Shown here one piece after another: positions 26,601-35,239 of a DNA stretch of 54,332 nt (the stretch's first letter is position 1; each line of letters starts with the position of its first letter). The DNA comes from a virus (taxonomy: Duplodnaviria; Caudoviricetes). The stretch covers positions 1 to 54,332 of IMG/VR virus record IMGVR_UViG_3300033153_003825, one strand, 5' to 3'. The notes beneath the pieces are model-generated. The model saw nothing but the letters and a program-made list of their open reading frames with translations. It had not been told where the DNA came from and did no database searches. Both the position numbers and the translations under genes were made by a program.

Positions 26601-28870
26601 TGCCCACGGTTCAGGTGGTCGCTACCCAGACCGGAGCTACGGGCACGTTGACTCTCAATATCGAAGATCCCGACTCGAAGATGAACGCTACGTCTTTCGA
26701 GACGGGTCTTTCGCCCGACGCCGACCCGGTAAACTGGTCTGGATACGACAATTCGTCACCCTACGACACTTCCACGAACCCGGCGATCGAGGAGAAGCAC
26801 GGGACGGTCGTTCATTGGGGCGTCCGGTACGACATTGGGGATGGCAATACGTGGATCACCGGATCCCATTCGTTCGACATCGACGTGATCCCGATGCTCG
26901 TGAATTGCTCGCTTGCAGAAGCCGTGAACGAGGGCGATTGCTTCTTCGCATGGCAAGGTGACGAAGACACGGCGAGTATGAAGTACATCACAAGCACGTC
27001 GTCCATGCCGACCGAGGCGAACTTGGATGGCGGTGGAACGTCCGTGAACGGGCGAACCGGACTGACCATCATCGACTCGAACCTGACCGCAGGGGAAACA
27101 ATCTACATCAGGGCCAGGGCGTACAGTGCGACAGGGGCCACCGGGACCGCCTCGGCTGAGGATTGGACGGGCAAGTATATCCGAAGCGAGACGGAGATTC
27201 CAACTGTACTCGCGATCCCAACCCAGAGTGGGAACAATGCGACCGTCACGCTGACAGTCGAACATGCCGGGGGTGGTGTCACCGCGACGGCATTCGACCG
27301 ATCGAGCGCCAATCCGGCGATTGGTTACGACAACGTCAACGACGACCCGACGTCCTGGGATGTGTACGACAGCGGTGCGCCGTACACGTACTCGAAGACG
27401 TACACGGGTCTAATTATTCCAGGCCATTCCGTGAGGGTTTATTGGGCCGTTCGCTATGCGGTCAGCGGGACCGACAAGTGGATCATGGGCCTTTGTGAGT
27501 TCGATGCTGATAAGGAAGCCGAGATCCATTCGTGCACGTTCAGTTATGACTCCGATAATACAATCAACCTCCATGTCCGGGGTGACGAAGACTGCGAGAA
27601 CATCTACGTCACGGTCACGTCTAGCGGGATCGCGCCAGGCGATCCAACCAGCGGTTCAAATGATGGGAGCATCAACGCGAACCAAGGTACGATTCAGACC
27701 AGTATCACGGGCAATCAGGGTGACATGATTATTGCAAAGATCATAGGCTACAATAATGAAAGTTCGCCCGAGGCCGGTCCCGTTACTCAGTTCGTGGAGA
27801 TCCGTGGGGGCACTGAAAAGTTGCCGATTGAGGTGAAGCTGACCCCTTCGCAACCCACGGCAACGACGGGTCGCATGTATATCACCATCAGCGATCCAGG
27901 CTTGATCGTTCAGACGGTCAAGTACGCCAAGAAGACGGGCGCGGGGGACTTTGGTTCTTTCACGGACGTCGGGTGGGATTATAGCCCAGACACTATTGGT
28001 GTGGACGCTACGCTTCGTTTCTACGAAGACGTAGACCTTTTGCAGAAACATCAGGCCGGGCTTAAATACGAAATTGTCTACAAAGATCACAGTGGCACCA
28101 ACATAACAACGGAGGGTGGCTGGACCTTTGACGCAGACCTGACCGCTGAGATCCAAAGCATAGAAATAAACATTGAGGATGACGGTTCGGTCTGGGCGAC
28201 GGTGGTGGCTGACGAAGATGCGGCCAACATCTATCTGACCTGCTCGATTGACGCAGAGCCGAGTGCTCCAACTACGGGCGTTTACGACGCGACGGTCAGT
28301 GGACGCGAGGGCTATGTAAACACGACCAAAGACGCTACCGACTTTGAGCACGTCGCTTGGGTCAAGGTCGGCGCTGCGGACTCGGGTGGTGTGATGGGGC
28401 CGATTATTGAGGCGAAGATTCGGCGTCCTGGAGGAGAGGTCAGCAAGGTACTCAGGATAGCCTGTACGGGAGTGGTGCGGCGGGGGAATTCCACGGGGAC
28501 GTGGGCGAGTACCGCCGGATACACCCATCCCATGTCGGCTGATACCGTTACCACGGGATATGTTGGCATAGAGTTACCCCCCGGAGTTTTGATTACCAAG
28601 GCGTCGTGTCGGTTGTATGAGCTTAATTCGAGTAGTGTTTCCGCTTGGTCTTTTCATTATGCCACGGACACGGGGGCTGAGACATATTTGGCGGGCGGGA
28701 GTGGTTCTACGGGCTGGAACACAGATTACGATAACATTTCTCACGTCAGGAACCCCGACTACCATTATTATTTCTACATCAACTGCGATGCCGATTCTGT
28801 CAATACGAACAGCAGGTTTGCGTATGTGGAGTTGGAGTACACCAGTTACGATGTTGACGAAACCCTTTAG
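20621..28870 (+). CDS. giant tail tip/central fibre protein (gpL-like + gpJ-like hub + tandem repeats)
   Basis: Cys cluster CGWDFG..CG...GC....C...FGG; SRNPVWQILDVL; LEVGDHVLI; six ~200-aa repeats. Confidence 0.85.
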   Translation: MRSVSSAIQAILDADQSRPVTVVKLTLVDASATVIYAATAAVTISSQAYQGDLLELPRIVVSAQEGIDHIVLRFANADWAYSSYHNTNDFDGATAEVSQYFATNAAYTTFEGPVALFSGTIFRPEVNAEVLTLNVMADARMAKGGSVGRVVTNHCGWDFGDVDSNCGYVESATVTTGGAYTQSTWIPITGSAETGQAGVALEPSDYPSNFVKIVRGGSPVYTDLRVIEADLANGQIKLNSTLIWSGTLVAGDKIIYQGCPRDTIRECGRRWKFADSSRQQDKFGGMDYFREQFGRAEPKQGTVAQMEGVVGHIVPIPYGTRWTTPMIVGVHSRAGGGTKDWASWGTDRDGPFAVCVIGEGPLDTGLEDVEANVLLDGAEIRASKYYVNQGWEDKFEILTGTTSQVPADFFPKWDRNKAIPGFSALRNVGYFIMELPEGYELTPQVTNTVWETLPQDFGAWTFIPGGAVSLIRRTRYWSTQVPDVQCMYKGKKVRKYVYSGSNPVSGAYEFSRNPVWQILDVLIAPYREDTSDRWSAGLSANAVDFGSFIDWGDYAEDTIGVYDFDNNSINVERYRSDLYVKSGKRGEVLKMLLHACRGTLVAKDGKVGIVLDAPTGGKGTITGATSTVITESTRTGLVDSTWPDGGVSGLLTGMRVKILTGTGSGQVRTIASNTKNTFTVSSAFSPTPSVGGTFAIYALELTTDNVGVIQVRHKKALHELTNQIIATWQSTKDQGRNASVPIPDTYEDDQTPGKYHFDKFGLNEKTVAMNATTEWQQAVRNGWYELRRELDHNFEFIISDLNIEGLVLEVGDHVLINHDISGISNETARVARIEDGGQATYTLACELTRDHVYLDYPTDDFDSVDISSTLTPPHGVPPHVSGVLIDHYVELDGEQPLVVVDWDQPEWQYANWSVVVDFRYQNPNTLIWTAWTELGISRTRKITFRASRIGMVEVRPVLLSGAGIRADDHLENGTSSGSNSPTTLNDTTKAWVVDEWDGCVAEIISGTGADADDPIREIASNTATQLTVTSSWDITPDGTSVYDIYVAAPVVQEQITAGIGYGFPYLDEDDGDLYLHPGWELGLGCKYLDSDTAPSKNDVVTTGSILLSDGAPEGGTNIHTFTGDGEVRYVGIVYYLDEACTQGESNLTILRHTYHEKDNLPRVVWFPYIPDTVGKEGVRFVATDDGAQVNFGYAVIDEGAGDPSWPSGYTTSGLTSDPYVEDVEVTKPAEGGTRKVIVFNCVDAEENMYRPTDDPGRVYVDGNSWPSGYCTYDIEPDYTPVITPQAIETDTLSWRFRVKKTNIGSESWDAISWNDATSGEYSGNTFVPQYMTSYTIAPTECLNVECVFLRTSATDDTTQNASMKSVAMRFTIYPFFDTVIPTVQVYLGQVGSVGNIYLVINDPKGFVVETAFKAVENWDGEDFDDPTDLTWNRDTSQPYNLTETVNLGEDHNSLIAWAVGYDLDDGNGTVYVQGSNVYDLDKIPVVFGALHVNAGGSVYLSINGREDLKSVQYKTSTTSMPTDVTGGTVINGRSTSTEIESSLADDATLYVRVRGYNATGGSAGGGDASTEDWFGQVTNLLSSQVPTVQPYASQSGSTGTLDLVVYDPDSVLVATSYEAQSGGGDFALDADPVNWTGYDNSSPYDLDYDVTLVEAHTSFIAWGVAYNRGAGVKWITGSHTFDLNIMPSGMGTSVVYSNGNASCDLFGDEDTASWKVAASTSAFPSATTVRAAGADDGQNLTASDVGTLLTASSGDTIYYSAFPYSAVTGGGTEGSIVQFIGNYFDEDTSTDPLTPKVFVVPSQSGSTATLSLTIRDEYLKVTDIEKRTKQGDAAWSSWTDLTGGSGTIGVNEDLTRSQTVTIEEKHNSEIGIRIEWTDEESANRYIYFSHTFDLDTIPSVVCGLSLTLSQAQLAWIGDEDLASIKYLVSTSSMPADVSGGTSANGRNGSEELLGTLTLNQIMYVRVRGYTSTGATGTESAEDWLGTIRRDSTLMPTVQVVATQTGATGTLTLNIEDPDSKMNATSFETGLSPDADPVNWSGYDNSSPYDTSTNPAIEEKHGTVVHWGVRYDIGDGNTWITGSHSFDIDVIPMLVNCSLAEAVNEGDCFFAWQGDEDTASMKYITSTSSMPTEANLDGGGTSVNGRTGLTIIDSNLTAGETIYIRARAYSATGATGTASAEDWTGKYIRSETEIPTVLAIPTQSGNNATVTLTVEHAGGGVTATAFDRSSANPAIGYDNVNDDPTSWDVYDSGAPYTYSKTYTGLIIPGHSVRVYWAVRYAVSGTDKWIMGLCEFDADKEAEIHSCTFSYDSDNTINLHVRGDEDCENIYVTVTSSGIAPGDPTSGSNDGSINANQGTIQTSITGNQGDMIIAKIIGYNNESSPEAGPVTQFVEIRGGTEKLPIEVKLTPSQPTATTGRMYITISDPGLIVQTVKYAKKTGAGDFGSFTDVGWDYSPDTIGVDATLRFYEDVDLLQKHQAGLKYEIVYKDHSGTNITTEGGWTFDADLTAEIQSIEINIEDDGSVWATVVADEDAANIYLTCSIDAEPSAPTTGVYDATVSGREGYVNTTKDATDFEHVAWVKVGAADSGGVMGPIIEAKIRRPGGEVSKVLRIACTGVVRRGNSTGTWASTAGYTHPMSADTVTTGYVGIELPPGVLITKASCRLYELNSSSVSAWSFHYATDTGAETYLAGGSGSTGWNTDYDNISHVRNPDYHYYFYINCDADSVNTNSRFAYVELEYTSYDVDETL
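24761..28430 (+). repeat. six ~600-bp/200-aa tandem repeats inside the tail-tip protein
   Basis: units start at 24761, 25376, 26003, 26603, 27200, 27824 (P.V....Q.G...L...DP ... FD.D ... G.ED...). Confidence 0.8.
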
Positions 28871-28878
28871 GAGGTCCC

Positions 28879-29226
28879 ATGTCAACCGTGCCCGAAACTC
28901 AAGATTTTTTGGATGAACTAAGCACCCCCACCGTCTGCACGAAGGCTTCATTGAGGACGGCGATGAAGCCCTTTCAAGAGAAGGCTAACGAAATGTGCCA
29001 ACAACTCGCCCGGACTCGAATGCTGTTGGGATTGAGTGAAATGGAGGAGTCGGCGGACACTCTTTCTATGAAGTTCGAGCACCTCGACGACCAACTTCGG
29101 ACAGGTGACAGGCTTCTGACAGAGATCCACAAGAAGATTCGAGAGTCGGAGCATCACTTTAAGCGTATGGTTCAGGCTGAGGGAGAATTTCGTGCCCTCG
29201 CGGGTGCCGAAGGCTACACCGTTTAG
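28879..29226 (+). CDS. hypothetical coiled-coil protein
   Basis: GGAGG RBS. Confidence 0.65.
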   Translation: MSTVPETQDFLDELSTPTVCTKASLRTAMKPFQEKANEMCQQLARTRMLLGLSEMEESADTLSMKFEHLDDQLRTGDRLLTEIHKKIRESEHHFKRMVQAEGEFRALAGAEGYTV

Positions 29227-29235
29227 GAGGATCAC

Positions 29236-29343
29236 ATGACGGCCACGAAAATCGTACTGGCGGTAGTAATCTTAATCATTCTCGGTGGGGTCATTTGGAT
29301 GATGATGTTCAAGGGTGGGGGTGTCACGAGAGGCGACCAATAG
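29236..29343 (+). CDS. small single-TM protein (35 aa, not in ORF track)
   Basis: AGGAGG RBS; MTATKIVLAVVILIILGGVIWMMMFKGGGVTRGDQ. Confidence 0.6.
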   Translation: MTATKIVLAVVILIILGGVIWMMMFKGGGVTRGDQ

Positions 29344-29357
29344 GGGAGTGAGTCATA

Positions 29358-29687
29358 ATGAAGAACGGCAACGGGCATGGCCTCACGATTAACGGGACCA
29401 CGTTGACGAAGGTGTTGGCGGGACTGAACGCCTTTCTTCTGGCGGTGGCAATCGTGGTGATCGGGTTGGCCAGTACGACCGTCGTAGGTCACGGGGAGGA
29501 CATCGGTGAATTGAAAACCAATGTCGCCGTGATCCAAGGGAATCGTTTCACCTCTTCCGACGCCCTTGAATGGTCGCGGCGGGTGGAGGATGACGTGAGG
29601 GAGAGCGTTACAGAAATGCGGGCCGAAATGAACTCCAGGTTCGATCGCTTAGAGGCGAGACTGAATCGAGGCGGGGGGGCATTCTGA
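29358..29687 (+). CDS. membrane protein with coiled coil (holin/antiholin-like)
   Basis: one TM helix followed by a coiled coil ending RFDRLEARL. Confidence 0.6.
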   Translation: MKNGNGHGLTINGTTLTKVLAGLNAFLLAVAIVVIGLASTTVVGHGEDIGELKTNVAVIQGNRFTSSDALEWSRRVEDDVRESVTEMRAEMNSRFDRLEARLNRGGGAF

Positions 29688-29956
29688 TGTTGGCAACAAC
29701 CAAGAATATTGGCGGACGGGGGTACAGTATTGTTGTCTGGTGCTCCGGCCTGCTGATGATCGTAGAGCTTCTGATGGTCTGGGCTCTATTTGATGGGAGT
29801 CTCACTGGAAAAGAATTCACAGACATCACGACGCTGTTTTTTCTCATGATCGGAGGCATGGGTGGCGTTTATCAAGGTCAGAACCTCATCAACGCGGTAC
29901 CTGGAGTCAGGAAGTGGGAGGGCAACCCGCATCCCGCGACCCTGGAGGACAAGTAA
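29687..29956 (+). CDS. holin candidate (2 TM)
   Basis: two hydrophobic helices, GGR N-terminus, Y.G.N C-terminal motif. Confidence 0.6.
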   Translation: MLATTKNIGGRGYSIVVWCSGLLMIVELLMVWALFDGSLTGKEFTDITTLFFLMIGGMGGVYQGQNLINAVPGVRKWEGNPHPATLEDK

Positions 29957-30046
29957 CCCCACACACGACTTGCTTCTGTTGGCCGCGAGACGGGTGTAGA
30001 TTGAGACGACCCCTACTGGGTCCAACCAAATGCTAGGAGAAATATC

Positions 30047-30442
30047 ATGACTGTAAGAGTAGACACCAGTGTCGTGGACGGGCTTGCTGACACGTTTGCA
30101 GGTTACTTCGACAGCGGCGTACTGGAGATCCGCGACGGCACCCAGCCTGCGGACGCCGATACCGCCGCGTCTGGGTCGGTGCTTGCGAGCATCGACCTTC
30201 CGGCGACTGCGTTCGGCGCTTCGGCTGCGGGTGCTGTGGCAAAGGCCGGGACGTGGCAGGACTCAAGTGCCGATGCGTCGGGTACGACCACATGGTTCCG
30301 CATGAGGGATACGGGCGACACGTATCGTCTGGACGGTTCCTGTGGACAAGGCACCGGCGACCTGAGCTTCGACGACTCTTCAATCGTCGCTGGCGGCGTT
30401 GTCACCATCACCGCCTTCACCGTCACCATGCCTGAGTCCTAA
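30047..30442 (+). CDS. small virion structural protein (fibre subunit candidate)
   Basis: LEIRDGTQPADAD...ADASGT.TWFR...DG......DL..D...I.AG..VTIT motif recognised as widespread in phages. Confidence 0.75.
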   Translation: MTVRVDTSVVDGLADTFAGYFDSGVLEIRDGTQPADADTAASGSVLASIDLPATAFGASAAGAVAKAGTWQDSSADASGTTTWFRMRDTGDTYRLDGSCGQGTGDLSFDDSSIVAGGVVTITAFTVTMPES

Positions 30443-30459
30443 GCCGAGGGAGGAACCTC

Positions 30460-30840
30460 ATGGCCGACGCAATTATGGGCCTGACCAAAGCCAACGGGCG
30501 GGTCAGCGTCCTACTCATGTACGACGTACCACCGGGGTCCATCAAAACAGATCCCACCACTACCGAGAACGTGGTGCTTTCGCCTTCGGCAGACTTGCCA
30601 GCGGAAAGCTCCATCGGCCCGAATCCCGTGACCCAGGCCGAGAAGGACGAGTTCGACGCCGGGACGATGGTTTATCGCGTCCATACCTTCGGCATCAATT
30701 CCGACTGGCCGGATGAAACGGCTGGTATCGTGGCGGAGGCCCGCAAGGGCTGGGCCGCGATGCAGGCGATCCTTCTGGCCGAGTATGACGCCAAGGCCGC
30801 TTCCTGGGACCATGCCGGTGTGCGGATCACTCCGGCCTAA
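30460..30840 (+). CDS. hypothetical virion-associated protein
   Basis: GGAGG RBS; within the fibre operon. Confidence 0.7.
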   Translation: MADAIMGLTKANGRVSVLLMYDVPPGSIKTDPTTTENVVLSPSADLPAESSIGPNPVTQAEKDEFDAGTMVYRVHTFGINSDWPDETAGIVAEARKGWAAMQAILLAEYDAKAASWDHAGVRITPA

Positions 30841-30856
30841 TTGAGAGGAGATTATT

Positions 30857-31225
30857 ATGAGTGGTTGGGAAGCCTCCCCAGGAAGTAAGATCAGCGATGC
30901 CGCATCTGTCACCGGGACAGCATGGGGCGATGATAGCTCGATGGTCAGCCTGAACCCTGGCGAAGGATGTCAGCTTCACGTTGACTCGGATACGAACGGT
31001 ACCACGGATGATCTAGTTGTCGGTGTGTTCCCGTCGCACGATGCTGGCGTGACGTATCCGACCATGCCGAGTCAGACGTTCACGGTACCCTATGCGGACG
31101 ACCCGGACTCGAAGCCATTTTTTGTCACCGGCTGGGCTCATTTCAAGTTGATGTTCAAGGGCTCCGGTGCGACGGATACGTTCACGGTCAACGTCTGGGC
31201 TCGCAAGGACGGGATCAGCGCCTAA
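30857..31225 (+). CDS. small beta-sandwich virion protein (putative)
   Basis: GAGGAG RBS; beta-rich composition. Confidence 0.7.
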   Translation: MSGWEASPGSKISDAASVTGTAWGDDSSMVSLNPGEGCQLHVDSDTNGTTDDLVVGVFPSHDAGVTYPTMPSQTFTVPYADDPDSKPFFVTGWAHFKLMFKGSGATDTFTVNVWARKDGISA

Positions 31226-31253
31226 CGGCCCCTCTGGGTGAAAGGAGGGAGCC

Positions 31254-32648
31254 GTGGCAAGTGTGCGTCTAATAACGTCGGAGATCATTACATTCGCTTG
31301 GACAGGAAGCGAGTGGGCGGACGATGTTGCGCTCATTGTCACTCGTGACGATGAGGTACTTGTTGTGTTGGTAATTGGGTCTCAAACTCCTCCTACAGAA
31401 GTTCGGTGGGATGGTGCGGTCATCTCCTACCAAGATGACCGGAACGATCAGAATGTTGGTGGCATAACGTGGTTCGACAAGATTCAGCCGGAACCTGGGG
31501 CCTACAACCTGACTGTTGTTAATTCTTCAGGCGGTAGTCGCCGTCTGATTGTTCTAGGTGTCGGTGGTGTGGAACTTGCGGCCCCGCGAAGGTTGTTAAC
31601 GAAAGCTCCTGGATGGAGCGCATCCCCTGATATATCCTGTGAGTCCAGACCTGGCGATCTAGTCGTTGCTGTTGTGTCTACTGAGAATGTTCACACGCAC
31701 GACGCTGGACAAAACCCCCTGACAACTTCTGAGACGGCTAGTGGGGAATATGCAGGATCTGCTTATTGGGTGGCAACAAGTCAATCTACGTCTTTTGGCT
31801 GGAGTCAGGCAGCTAGTAACACTGCCAGAATGGCAATGGCTTATGCTGCTGTCCCCATCTTCCACCCCTACGGCACAACCCGCCGCCTGTCGCGCCCAGT
31901 GGTGGACCTTATCAAGCCTGCGCACTTGAATGTGCGCCCTGCGCTGGCACCTCCTGAATGGCGGCGGTTCCTGTCTGAACTTCATGCCGTAGCCGTAAGT
32001 TATGATGGAGTGGTCGTTACCCATCCTAATATCGGGACGATTGTTGTGCCACCCGACATTGAACAGGCTCCGTATGGGGAGGCGTGGGGGGCGTCGGATG
32101 GGACATCAAAAGTTGTGAGGCTTGCTACTTCTAGGCATCATCAGTATGGCTTTAGTGTCATAGCTCTCGTTCGCCACACAACCCTTTCTCAGGACTGTGG
32201 CATCTGGGGGAAAACGTCTCCAGACATAATGCAGTTTTGGTGGGATGTGGGAGAACAAGACCTTGGCCTGCAAGTGGACGGCGTTGCTTCCTATGGGGCG
32301 ACAGGGTTGCCTGGAGACACAGACTACCACCTCCTCGTCTTTCGTTATGGGCCTTCGGTAATACCTGGAACGAACACAGGCGAAGTCTGGTGCGACGGCA
32401 AGTTGCTTTTCGAGATCGACGACTCGTGTGGTTCTTCGACGGCAACAACTCGCTTCAATGCGACCGCAACGGATGATGCAAAAGATGGTAGGAATTTCTT
32501 CGTCTACGGTGCTGAAGTAAAATACTGCCTTACGGTGGAGGAGGTTTCGGCTCTCAGTGCCGATCCCTTCGGCCCTTTCCGCCGAGTCCGCACCATCCCC
32601 GTAGCTCGCGCGCCCCTGCCTGGTGAACGAAGGTGGGTGCGGCGATGA
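31254..32648 (+). CDS. fibre-associated protein with C-terminal LamG/concanavalin-like domain
   Basis: YHLLVFRY...VWCDGK...LTVEEVSAL..DPFG. Confidence 0.75.
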   Translation: MASVRLITSEIITFAWTGSEWADDVALIVTRDDEVLVVLVIGSQTPPTEVRWDGAVISYQDDRNDQNVGGITWFDKIQPEPGAYNLTVVNSSGGSRRLIVLGVGGVELAAPRRLLTKAPGWSASPDISCESRPGDLVVAVVSTENVHTHDAGQNPLTTSETASGEYAGSAYWVATSQSTSFGWSQAASNTARMAMAYAAVPIFHPYGTTRRLSRPVVDLIKPAHLNVRPALAPPEWRRFLSELHAVAVSYDGVVVTHPNIGTIVVPPDIEQAPYGEAWGASDGTSKVVRLATSRHHQYGFSVIALVRHTTLSQDCGIWGKTSPDIMQFWWDVGEQDLGLQVDGVASYGATGLPGDTDYHLLVFRYGPSVIPGTNTGEVWCDGKLLFEIDDSCGSSTATTRFNATATDDAKDGRNFFVYGAEVKYCLTVEEVSALSADPFGPFRRVRTIPVARAPLPGERRWVRR

Positions 32649-35236
32649 GCATAGATCGCATCAAACCGGCACCTTGGGACGTTCAGGCGGCTCTTGTGAG
32701 CCCTGCTTTTCGTGAACTCCGATACCACATTCGTAATGAGTGGATGATGTGGGAGGCTGGCGGAAAGAAGTGCTTCGATACTGGCTATGCCAAAGAAGAT
32801 GGGGTGTTCGGGGCTAATGTTCCATTGTGGGACACCGGACCTTACGGGTGTTGCTTGGATTTCCGGGATATTTCGGGGACAGCCTACACGGTGGATATTC
32901 CCAGCTACACGCCGGATCAACAAGGTTCGTGTGAGGTTTTGTATCTTCACCGAAATTCCTCCCGCCAGAGACTTTTAGGCTCTGGAGACGCTTTTGAGCT
33001 TCATCTTAGATGGGTAGATCCAAACAGTATTCATAACGAGTTCTTCCAGGGGGCTTCTGATGTAACGTCTGCATTCGGTGTTGCCATTGGTAATTGGTAT
33101 CACATCGTTTCTACCTGGGACTATGGGACCGGGGCGGCAAAAATCTACATCAATGGGGTCCTCAAAAACACCACCGCTTTTGCAGATGACATACCCGGAA
33201 CTGCTACCTTACAATTAGGGTTCCGCACCGGGAGTGCGTCCACCCTGGAGTTCCGGGGCAAGATGTCTTATGTCCGGTTTTATGATAAGCCGCTAACAGA
33301 TAGTGAGGCCCTACTTCTTTATGAAAACCCCTTCGGCCCGATCACCCGCGCCAGGGTGTTCCCGGTCAAGTATCAGGCACCACAGACGCGCATCCTCAGA
33401 CCGGGGCCAGTGGATCTGATTAAGCCAGCCCCTTGGGACGTGCAGGCGGGGCTAGTGGGAAAGGAATGGGGTTGGTTCTGGGAAGATATCGGTGCCTTTC
33501 TCCCATTCTGGGAGGGAGTAGGAAAGCCTGTTGATGTGGCCCGTGGTATCATTACCACATTCAATACGGGTGACGGGGCGGCACCTATTTGGGATCAGGA
33601 TGGAATGGGGCGGCGACTTACGGCAGACGCTATTGGCTCGGAAGTTGACCTAGATCAAACCCTCACGGACATCGTAGGCGATGATGATTTTTTCATCGCT
33701 GCTTTGTGGTCGCCATCCACTCAACTTACTTCAATGGTTGTGTCGTCTGGTCTTGACCTCACACATAACCTTGGCATGGATCGTGGAGCTACTGGCAACA
33801 TCTTCGCTCGGGCTTTTGGCAACCAGGTCCAGAACGCAGGAAGTTTTTATGTAGCTGGCGATATACTTTTAGCTGTGATGTCAACCGCCGGTCAGGGAGG
33901 GGCTCTCACTTTGGAGTGCCGGAACCTGACAACTGGGGCACGGTCCCGAAACACCGGCACGGCTGGCACAACGGTCCCGTCTGGAGTTGCGCGGGTATTC
34001 CGTAGGGCTGCCAACACCTACGAGATGCAAGGCTCGGTATATTGGGTGGCTCTGGGTAGAGGTCTTCCAACGAATGACGCCCTTACCGTCTTTGTCGATC
34101 AACTTGCCAGTGACCCCTTCGGCCCCTTCCGTCAGGCTCGCTCCATCCCGGTCCCCAAGGTTGAGCCAACCACCCGTATCCTGCGGCCAGCGGTGAATGA
34201 TGGGATTAAACCGGCTGAGTGGGATGTGCAGGCGGGGCTGGTTGATCTGGAGTATCGGAAACTTCATGATGGCCTGATTCTGGGGGTGCCTTTCTGGGGC
34301 AGCCATGTTAAGGACGGTGGGACCCTTGAAGACATAAGCCAGTTTCAACGTATTTTGACGATAGATAATTCATTGTCCGGGTTAGCTATTACAGACACCC
34401 CTTCGGGGCGAGCCGTTCAATTCAGTGGTGACGATACAAATGACCGGATAGGTTTGGGCTCCATCCCGTCTACCGATCCGCTGTCTTTGTCTGGGACCTC
34501 TGCGGCCACAATAGCCTTTTGGGTTCGGCCGAATGCGTTTGGTTCCTGGCCTGGTGGGTCTATTAGAGTAATCGACAAATCCAATGGGGCTGGGACGGCT
34601 AATGGCTGGGCGGCTGCGATGTATAACTCTGGGTCGGCTCGCTACGTCCTTTTGGTGGAAAACTCCGGGTCGGAATTTTGGGAAGGGTGGTTAATTGACT
34701 CTTTCCTGGATGATTGGCACTTCTATTTGTTCCGCTGGGCTGGAACGGATATTGAGTGTTTCGTAGATGGCAAAGACCAGGGGTCGCCTGACGCAACCTT
34801 TGGGGCGAGCCCTCCGGGGTTGCCAGCTTCTACGACCACCACCAACGCCGCTATCGGTAACTGGAATCATGAAATTGACAAAAACTTCTCTGGGGACATG
34901 GGGACGGTTTATGTTTGGGATCGTGCCCTTAGTGACAGTGAAATCCAAGCCCTCGCCACCGACCCCTTCGGCCTCATCCGTCGCGCCCGATCCATTCCGG
35001 TGCCTGCGCCTACTGTCACGGTTTCGGACCTGGAGCAGACGCTTGAGGGCTTCCGTTGGCGGAATGACGACGGTTCCGAGAGTGCGGCGACGTGGGCTCA
35101 AGTGCAGGATGCGTACCATACGATTGGCGTTGACGGGGAAACCCGACTTCGCATCGTACTCCAGGCACCCGAAGGCGGACAGCTCCAATTAGATTGTGCG
35201 AAAGACGGCACCGAAGATTGGTTCAAGGTGGACTGA
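32645..35236 (+). CDS. triple LamG-like domain protein
   Basis: WYHIVSTWD...IYINGV...FRGKMSYVRFYDKPLTDSE; FSGDMGTVYVWDRALSDSEI; ATGA overlap gives start 32645. Confidence 0.85.
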   Translation: MSIDRIKPAPWDVQAALVSPAFRELRYHIRNEWMMWEAGGKKCFDTGYAKEDGVFGANVPLWDTGPYGCCLDFRDISGTAYTVDIPSYTPDQQGSCEVLYLHRNSSRQRLLGSGDAFELHLRWVDPNSIHNEFFQGASDVTSAFGVAIGNWYHIVSTWDYGTGAAKIYINGVLKNTTAFADDIPGTATLQLGFRTGSASTLEFRGKMSYVRFYDKPLTDSEALLLYENPFGPITRARVFPVKYQAPQTRILRPGPVDLIKPAPWDVQAGLVGKEWGWFWEDIGAFLPFWEGVGKPVDVARGIITTFNTGDGAAPIWDQDGMGRRLTADAIGSEVDLDQTLTDIVGDDDFFIAALWSPSTQLTSMVVSSGLDLTHNLGMDRGATGNIFARAFGNQVQNAGSFYVAGDILLAVMSTAGQGGALTLECRNLTTGARSRNTGTAGTTVPSGVARVFRRAANTYEMQGSVYWVALGRGLPTNDALTVFVDQLASDPFGPFRQARSIPVPKVEPTTRILRPAVNDGIKPAEWDVQAGLVDLEYRKLHDGLILGVPFWGSHVKDGGTLEDISQFQRILTIDNSLSGLAITDTPSGRAVQFSGDDTNDRIGLGSIPSTDPLSLSGTSAATIAFWVRPNAFGSWPGGSIRVIDKSNGAGTANGWAAAMYNSGSARYVLLVENSGSEFWEGWLIDSFLDDWHFYLFRWAGTDIECFVDGKDQGSPDATFGASPPGLPASTTTTNAAIGNWNHEIDKNFSGDMGTVYVWDRALSDSEIQALATDPFGLIRRARSIPVPAPTVTVSDLEQTLEGFRWRNDDGSESAATWAQVQDAYHTIGVDGETRLRIVLQAPEGGQLQLDCAKDGTEDWFKVD

Positions 35237-35239
35237 TCC

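Noticed and set aside
31881-35002. Shufflon-type invertible tail-fibre system
   Set aside because: All cassettes are co-oriented and in frame, with no inverted silent copies or inverted crossover sites
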